A stretch of 64,000 nucleotides of DNA. Origin: Escherichia coli. Lineage in GTDB: Bacteria; Pseudomonadota; Gammaproteobacteria; Enterobacterales; Enterobacteriaceae. The stretch lies in the NCBI RefSeq assembly GCF_044647545.1, contig NZ_CP172818.1; one strand, 5' to 3'. This document shows, piece by piece, positions 58,570 through 64,000 of this stretch. The notes beneath the pieces are model-generated. The model was not told where the DNA came from and did no database searches. It was given only the letters and a program-made list of their open reading frames with translations. The translations under genes were made by a program, and so were the position numbers. How positions within the stretch are numbered: the stretch's first letter is position 1; each line of letters starts with the position of its first letter.

Positions 58570-59904
58570 CTAATCCACCAGAATAATCTTCAGTGCAAAC
58601 AGAGCTGCGACCACCACCACACACAGGTTCAGATCGCGCCAGCGCCCGGTGCACACTTTCATGATGCAGTACGACATAAAGCCGAGTGCAATCCCTTCGG
58701 TGATCGAGAAAGTAAAGGGCATCATCACCGTGGTAATAAATGCGGGCACCGATTCGGTAAAATCATCCCAGTTAACGCGCGCCAGGCTCGAAGTCATCAG
58801 CACGCCAACAAAGATTAACGCTCCGGCGGTTGCGTAAGGAGGAACCATCGCCACCAGCGGTGAGAAGAACATAACCAACAGGAACATAACGCCGACCACA
58901 ACCGCAGTCAGCCCCGTGCGACCACCGACAGCCACACCTGAAGTACTTTCAATATAGGCGGTAACAGACGAGGTACCGATAAACGCACCCGCCACCGAAC
59001 TGACGCTATCAACATACAGCGCCTTATTCATATTGGGGAATTTACCGTTACTATCTATTAAGCCAGCTTTATCAGTTACACCAATTAATGTTCCTGATGA
59101 ATCAAATAAGTTGATCAGCATAAAGGAGAAAATGATACCGGCGAGTTCAAGTGATAACGCGCCGCTCAAATCCACTTCACCAATGACGCCGCTAATATCA
59201 GGCGGAATGGAATAGACGCCGCTAAAATGAACATCACCGAAAAATAATCCACAGCAAGACGTCACCACAATAGAAACAAGCACCGCGGCATGAAAATGAC
59301 GTGATGACAACACGGTTATAATAAAAAACCCTAAAATACCTAACAACACGCCGTGAGAACTTAAATCGCCAATCATCACCAGGGTGTCTTTATTGGCGAC
59401 AATAACGCCAGTATTTTTTAATCCCATTAAGGCGATAAATAATCCGATTCCGCTGGTGATACCAATACGTAAACTTAATGGAATGTTGGAGATCATCCAG
59501 TACCGGATACGAAACAGCGTGAGCAAAAATAGCCCAACTGCGCCCCAGAATATCGCGCCCATCCCGGTCTGCCAGGAGATACCCATCGCCCCCACGACCA
59601 CGAACGCAAAGAAGGCGTTCAGCCCCATTGCCGGAGCCAGCGCCACGGGTAAGTTAGCAAATATCCCCATCGCAATACTGCCGATACCGGCAATCAAACA
59701 GGTGGTAACAAACACCACTTTCGGGTCCATTTGTGCCGCGCCGAGGATTTGCGGGTTCACAAAAACGATGTACACCATGGTTAAAAAAGTGGTCATCCCC
59801 GCAATCAATTCTGTGCGGACGGTGGTCCCATGCTGAGGTAGTTTAAATAATCGCGAAAGCGTCCCTGATTCATTACTCACGTAATCGGTATTGTCATTAT
59901 TCAT
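58570..59904 (-). CDS. adeQ: Adenine permease (NCS2/AzgA family)
   Basis: ORF trimmed to MNNDNTDYVSNESGTL start giving 444 aa. Confidence 0.9.
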   Translation of the reverse strand: MNNDNTDYVSNESGTLSRLFKLPQHGTTVRTELIAGMTTFLTMVYIVFVNPQILGAAQMDPKVVFVTTCLIAGIGSIAMGIFANLPVALAPAMGLNAFFAFVVVGAMGISWQTGMGAIFWGAVGLFLLTLFRIRYWMISNIPLSLRIGITSGIGLFIALMGLKNTGVIVANKDTLVMIGDLSSHGVLLGILGFFIITVLSSRHFHAAVLVSIVVTSCCGLFFGDVHFSGVYSIPPDISGVIGEVDLSGALSLELAGIIFSFMLINLFDSSGTLIGVTDKAGLIDSNGKFPNMNKALYVDSVSSVAGAFIGTSSVTAYIESTSGVAVGGRTGLTAVVVGVMFLLVMFFSPLVAMVPPYATAGALIFVGVLMTSSLARVNWDDFTESVPAFITTVMMPFTFSITEGIALGFMSYCIMKVCTGRWRDLNLCVVVVAALFALKIILVD

Positions 59905-60078
59905 TTTTTTGTCCATTGGAGGAGATTTAATCCCTTGCTTTTGTAAAACAAATGACAACAACGGTTCAGTGATAATTATCACATTTCAATTGCACATTAA
60001 TGGATATTCTTTAATAATCTCGCGACGTTTCTTTATGATAAATAATAATCAAATTGATAAAATCAAAATGAGAAAAAT

Positions 60079-61845
60079 ATGAATAATTCTATTAACCATA
60101 AATTTCATCACATTAGCCGGGCTGAATACCAGGAATTGTTAGCCGTTTCCCGTGGAGACGCTGTTGCCGATTATATTATTGATAATGTCTCTATTCTCGA
60201 CCTGATCAATGGCGGAGAAATTTCCGGCCCAATTGTGATTAAAGGACGTTACATTGCCGGTGTTGGCGCAGAATACGCTGATGCTCCGGCGTTGCAGCGG
60301 ATTGATGCCCGCGGCGCAACGGCGGTGCCAGGGTTTATTGATGCTCACCTGCATATTGAATCCAGCATGATGACGCCGGTCACTTTTGAAACCGCGACCC
60401 TGCCGCGCGGCCTGACGACCGTTATTTGCGACCCTCATGAAATCGTCAACGTGATGGGCGAAGCCGGATTCGCCTGGTTTGCCCGCTGTGCCGAACAGGC
60501 AAGGCAAAACCAGTACTTACAGGTCAGCTCTTGCGTACCCGCTCTGGAAGGCTGCGATGTTAACGGTGCCAGTTTTACCCTTGAACAGATGCTCGCCTGG
60601 CGGGACCATCCGCAGGTTACCGGCCTTGCAGAAATGATGGACTACCCTGGCGTAATTAGCGGGCAGAATGCGCTGCTCGATAAACTGGATGCATTTCGCC
60701 ACCTGACGCTGGACGGTCACTGCCCGGGTTTGGGTGGTAAAGAACTTAACGCCTATATTGCTGCGGGTATTGAAAACTGCCACGAAAGTTATCAGCTGGA
60801 AGAAGGACGCCGGAAATTGCAACTCGGCATGTCGTTGATGATCCGTGAAGGGTCCGCAGCCCGCAATCTCAACGCGCTGGCACCGTTGATCAACGAATTT
60901 AACAGCCCGCAATGCATGCTCTGTACCGATGACCGTAACCCGTGGGAGATCGCCCATGAAGGACACATCGATGCCTTAATTCGCCGCCTGATCGAACAAC
61001 ACAATGTACCGCTGCATGTGGCATATCGCGTAGCCAGCTGGTCGACGGCGCGCCATTTTGGTCTGAATCACCTCGGCTTACTGGCACCCGGCAAGCAGGC
61101 CGATATCGTCCTGTTGAGCGATGCGCGTAAGGTCACGGTGCAGCAGGTACTGGTGAAAGGCGAGCCGATCGATGCGCAAACCTTACAGGCGAAAGAGTCG
61201 GCGAGACTGGCACAATCCGCTCCGCCGTATGGCAATACCATTGCCCGCCAGCCTGTTTCCGCCAGCGACTTTGCCCTGCAATTCACGCCCGGAAAACGCT
61301 ATCGGGTCATTGACGTCATCCATAACGAATTGATTACCCACTCCCGCTCCAGCGTCTACAGCGAAAACGGTTTTGATCGCGATGATGTGTGCTTTATTGC
61401 CGTTCTTGAGCGTTACGGACAACGACTGGCTCCGGCCTGTGGTTTACTCGGCGGCTTTGGCCTGAATGAAGGTGCGCTGGCGGCGACGGTCAGCCATGAC
61501 AGCCATAATATTGTGGTGATAGGTCGTAGCGCAGAAGAGATGGCGCTGGCGGTCAATCAGGTGATTCAGGATGGCGGCGGGCTGTGCGTGGTCCGTAACG
61601 GTCAGGTACAAAGTCATCTACCGTTGCCCATTGCCGGGCTAATGAGCACCGACACGGCGCAGTCACTGGCGGAGCAAATTGACGCCTTGAAAGCCGCCGC
61701 CCGTGAATGCGGTCCGTTACCCGATGAGCCGTTTATTCAGATGGCGTTTCTTTCCCTGCCAGTGATCCCCGCGCTGAAACTAACCAGTCAGGGGCTGTTT
61801 GATGGCGAGAAGTTTGCCTTCACTACGCTGGAATTCACGGAATAA
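60079..61845 (+). CDS. ade: Adenine deaminase
   Basis: 588 aa ORF, amidohydrolase metal-binding motifs ([10 protein letters not shown]); divergent from adeQ. Confidence 0.93.
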   Translation: MNNSINHKFHHISRAEYQELLAVSRGDAVADYIIDNVSILDLINGGEISGPIVIKGRYIAGVGAEYADAPALQRIDARGATAVPGFIDAHLHIESSMMTPVTFETATLPRGLTTVICDPHEIVNVMGEAGFAWFARCAEQARQNQYLQVSSCVPALEGCDVNGASFTLEQMLAWRDHPQVTGLAEMMDYPGVISGQNALLDKLDAFRHLTLDGHCPGLGGKELNAYIAAGIENCHESYQLEEGRRKLQLGMSLMIREGSAARNLNALAPLINEFNSPQCMLCTDDRNPWEIAHEGHIDALIRRLIEQHNVPLHVAYRVASWSTARHFGLNHLGLLAPGKQADIVLLSDARKVTVQQVLVKGEPIDAQTLQAKESARLAQSAPPYGNTIARQPVSASDFALQFTPGKRYRVIDVIHNELITHSRSSVYSENGFDRDDVCFIAVLERYGQRLAPACGLLGGFGLNEGALAATVSHDSHNIVVIGRSAEEMALAVNQVIQDGGGLCVVRNGQVQSHLPLPIAGLMSTDTAQSLAEQIDALKAAARECGPLPDEPFIQMAFLSLPVIPALKLTSQGLFDGEKFAFTTLEFTE

Positions 61846-61846
61846 T

Positions 61847-61873
61847 AAAAAAAAGCCCGGCGTCATGCCGGGC
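61847..61873 (-). terminator. Rho-independent terminator of uhpT
   Basis: Minus-strand gcccggcatgacgccgggc hairpin followed by T8, 19 nt after the uhpT stop. Confidence 0.7.
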
Positions 61874-61891
61874 AAAAGTCACCAGTTACGT

Positions 61892-63283
61892 TTATGCCAC
61901 TGTCAACTGCTGAATTTTTTTCTCGCGGCGGATTTTGCGTTCTTCCATCACCGCCACTATCGCCATCAGGCAGATACAACCAATCGCGGCGATATCCAGC
62001 GCGGCGAAGGTGCCTGCCCAGCCGGTAAGGCCAAATACCGGCGTCCCATCGGCAATCATTCCCAGACCTAACTTGGCAAAGCTGTCACCAATCAGGTAAG
62101 CGAAGGTGCCTTTAATACCATCGGCAGCGCCAATCGCTTTTTTAGGTACAAAGCCAACAGCAGCTACACCAATCAACAATTGCGGGCCAAAGACCAGGAA
62201 ACCCAACGCAAAGAGAGAAGCAAGGTAGATATATTCGTTGCTGGCGTGTTGATACACACCGAGCGTGGCGATAATCAGCGCCAGCGCGATACAGGCCACC
62301 AGGCCACGGCGACCGTTCGCCAGGTCAGAGAGCCAGCCCCACAGCAGCGTACCGACCAGCGCACCAGCTTCAAACAGCGTAAAGCCCTGAATCGCCACCG
62401 CTTTAGAGAGTTTCAGTTCCTGGAACGCATACACGGTTGACCACTGGTCGATACCAATACGCACCACATAGAGGAAAATGTTGGCAAAGCACAGCAGCCA
62501 GATCACTTTGTTTTTCAGCACATACTCAACAAAGATCTGCCACTTGGTCATATCGGTAGATTCTGTCTCTTTATCCTCTTCACTGATCTCCTCGCCAAAC
62601 AGCTCTTCAGCTTTGCCGAGGCCATAAGATTCCGGGGAGTCGCTGCCGTAACGCAGACCGATAAAACCAACAATCAGCGCGATAATCGACGGGAAAATAA
62701 ACATGCCGATGACATGACCATCGAACAGGTAATTTGCGCCGAACAGCGCCACACCTGCTGCGCCTGCACCACCAAGGTTGTGAGAAATGTTCCAGAAACC
62801 GAGGAATGTCCCGCGTTTACGACGCGGCGTCCATTTGGTGATGGTGGAGTAACTGCACGAACCGCCGGTACTCTGGAAAAAGCCGCTTAAGGCGTAGAAG
62901 GCAATCATCAGGAACAGGCTAACCGAGCCGCTGCCCATACTGGCGCTGAAGCCCAGCATACAAATGGCAGACAGGATCAGCATGAACGGCAGGAATTGTT
63001 TGGTGTTTTTGCCGTCGGCGTAGTAAGAAACCAGCGTTTTACCCACGCCATAAGTGATGGAGAAGCCCAGGCCGATCATCCCCAGCTGCGTCATGCTCAA
63101 CCCGTAGGTCGAGATCATGTCGTTCTGCGCGATGTTAAAGTTCTTGCGAATCAGGTACATCGTAAGGTAGCCGATAAAGACCACCAGGTAGGATTGCATG
63201 AACGGTTTGAACCACATTTTGCGCCGCACTTCGAGCGGAAGGTCCAGGGTCGGCTTGCGAACCTGGTTTAAGAAAGCCAGCAT
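61892..63283 (-). CDS. uhpT: Hexose-6-phosphate:phosphate antiporter
   Basis: 463 aa MFS organophosphate:Pi antiporter ORF starting [24 protein letters not shown]. Confidence 0.95.
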
Positions 63284-63420
63284 GGGTTACTCCTGAAATG
63301 AATACCTGCGTGAGGCATGCATTGTAAAAATCAGCAGCAAATCAGGCCTGAGATAGCGTCCAGGCAAAACCTGGAAAATTTCTTAGTTTTGCCGGATATG
63401 AAGTGAAAAGGTGAGATGCA
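63284..63420 (-). promoter_or_regulatory. uhpT promoter region (expected UhpA and CRP sites; exact sites not mapped here)
   Basis: 137 bp intergenic segment between the uhpC stop and uhpT start; assignment from known uhp locus organisation, not from motif mapping. Confidence 0.45.
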
Positions 63421-64000
63421 TCACGCTTCTCGCGGTGTCTGGGCGTTCAAAAAGGGCAGTAATAGCAGTGCGGAAATCCCGGCGGCGATGGCGATAACCA
63501 CAAAAAATCCGCTCCAGTGCCAGGTATCGAGTACTTTCGCCAGCGGCCAACCAGCAAGCGACGCACCAAGATAAGCAAACAAGCCGACAAATCCCGTCGC
63601 CGCCCCTGCTGCCTCTTTGTGGGAACACTCTGCCGCCGCCATGCCGATTAACATCTGCGGGCCAAAGACAAAAAAACCAATGGTGAAGAAGCAGGTTGCC
63701 TGCATCACGTAGCTGGCAAATGGCATCAGCCACAGCGAGCCGACTGAAAGCAAAATTCCGGCAGCGAAAATCAAATTCATCGGCCCGCGGTTGCCGTTAA
63801 AGAGTTTGTCCGAGCCCCAACCCGCTACCAGCGCACCGATAAATCCGCCCAGTTCAAACATCGTCACAGCCGTATTCGCCGTGACCAGATCGACGCCCAG
63901 CGTCTCGGACATATACAAATTGCCCCAGTCGTTGATCGCCGCCCGAACCACATAGACCAGCACATAGCAAAACGAAAGTAGCCAGATATACGGATTCAGC
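63421..64000 (-). CDS. uhpC: Glucose-6-phosphate sensor membrane protein UhpC, C-terminal part; 5' end lies beyond the window end
   Basis: Minus-strand frame open from the window end to a stop at 63421; MFS protein paralogous to UhpT; synteny. Confidence 0.9.
   Translation of the reverse strand, partial: LNPYIWLLSFCYVLVYVVRAAINDWGNLYMSETLGVDLVTANTAVTMFELGGFIGALVAGWGSDKLFNGNRGPMNLIFAAGILLSVGSLWLMPFASYVMQATCFFTIGFFVFGPQMLIGMAAAECSHKEAAGAATGFVGLFAYLGASLAGWPLAKVLDTWHWSGFFVVIAIAAGISALLLLPFLNAQTPREA

Overview
This 64 kb window is a contiguous stretch of Escherichia coli core chromosome, gene-for-gene syntenic with the K-12 secB–uhpC region (about 81–82 min). I found no evidence of a novel or undescribed biological system; the calls below rest on reading the ORF translations against remembered protein sequences, lengths and gene order, not on any database search.

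Content in order: secB (partial), grxC, yibN, gpmI, envC, yibQ, waaH, tdh-kbl, the complete K-12-type LPS core (waa) locus (hldD-waaFCL; waaQGPSBOJYZU; waaA-coaD), mutM, rpmBG, yicR, coaBC(dfp), dut, slmA, pyrE, rph, yicC, dinD, yicG, ligB, gmk-rpoZ-spoT-trmH-recG, gltS, xanP, yicH, yicI-yicJ, tRNA-Sec (selC), setC, yicL, nlpA, yicS, nepI, yicN, adeQ, ade, uhpT and uhpC (partial). Predicted protein lengths match the K-12 products almost everywhere. No CRISPR array, IS element or prophage is visible.

Points worth a second look:
- A roughly 640 bp homopolymer-rich tract between nepI and yicN, which looks like a sequencing or assembly artifact.
- Absence of htrL (yibB) between kbl and hldD, where K-12 carries it.
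- An intact 238-codon rph, unlike the K-12 rph-1 frameshift allele.
- An unoccupied selC integration site.
- A DeoR-like helix-turn-helix remnant in the yicH–yicI gap.
- An AT-rich outer-core waa block with a perfect ops element in the waaQ leader.
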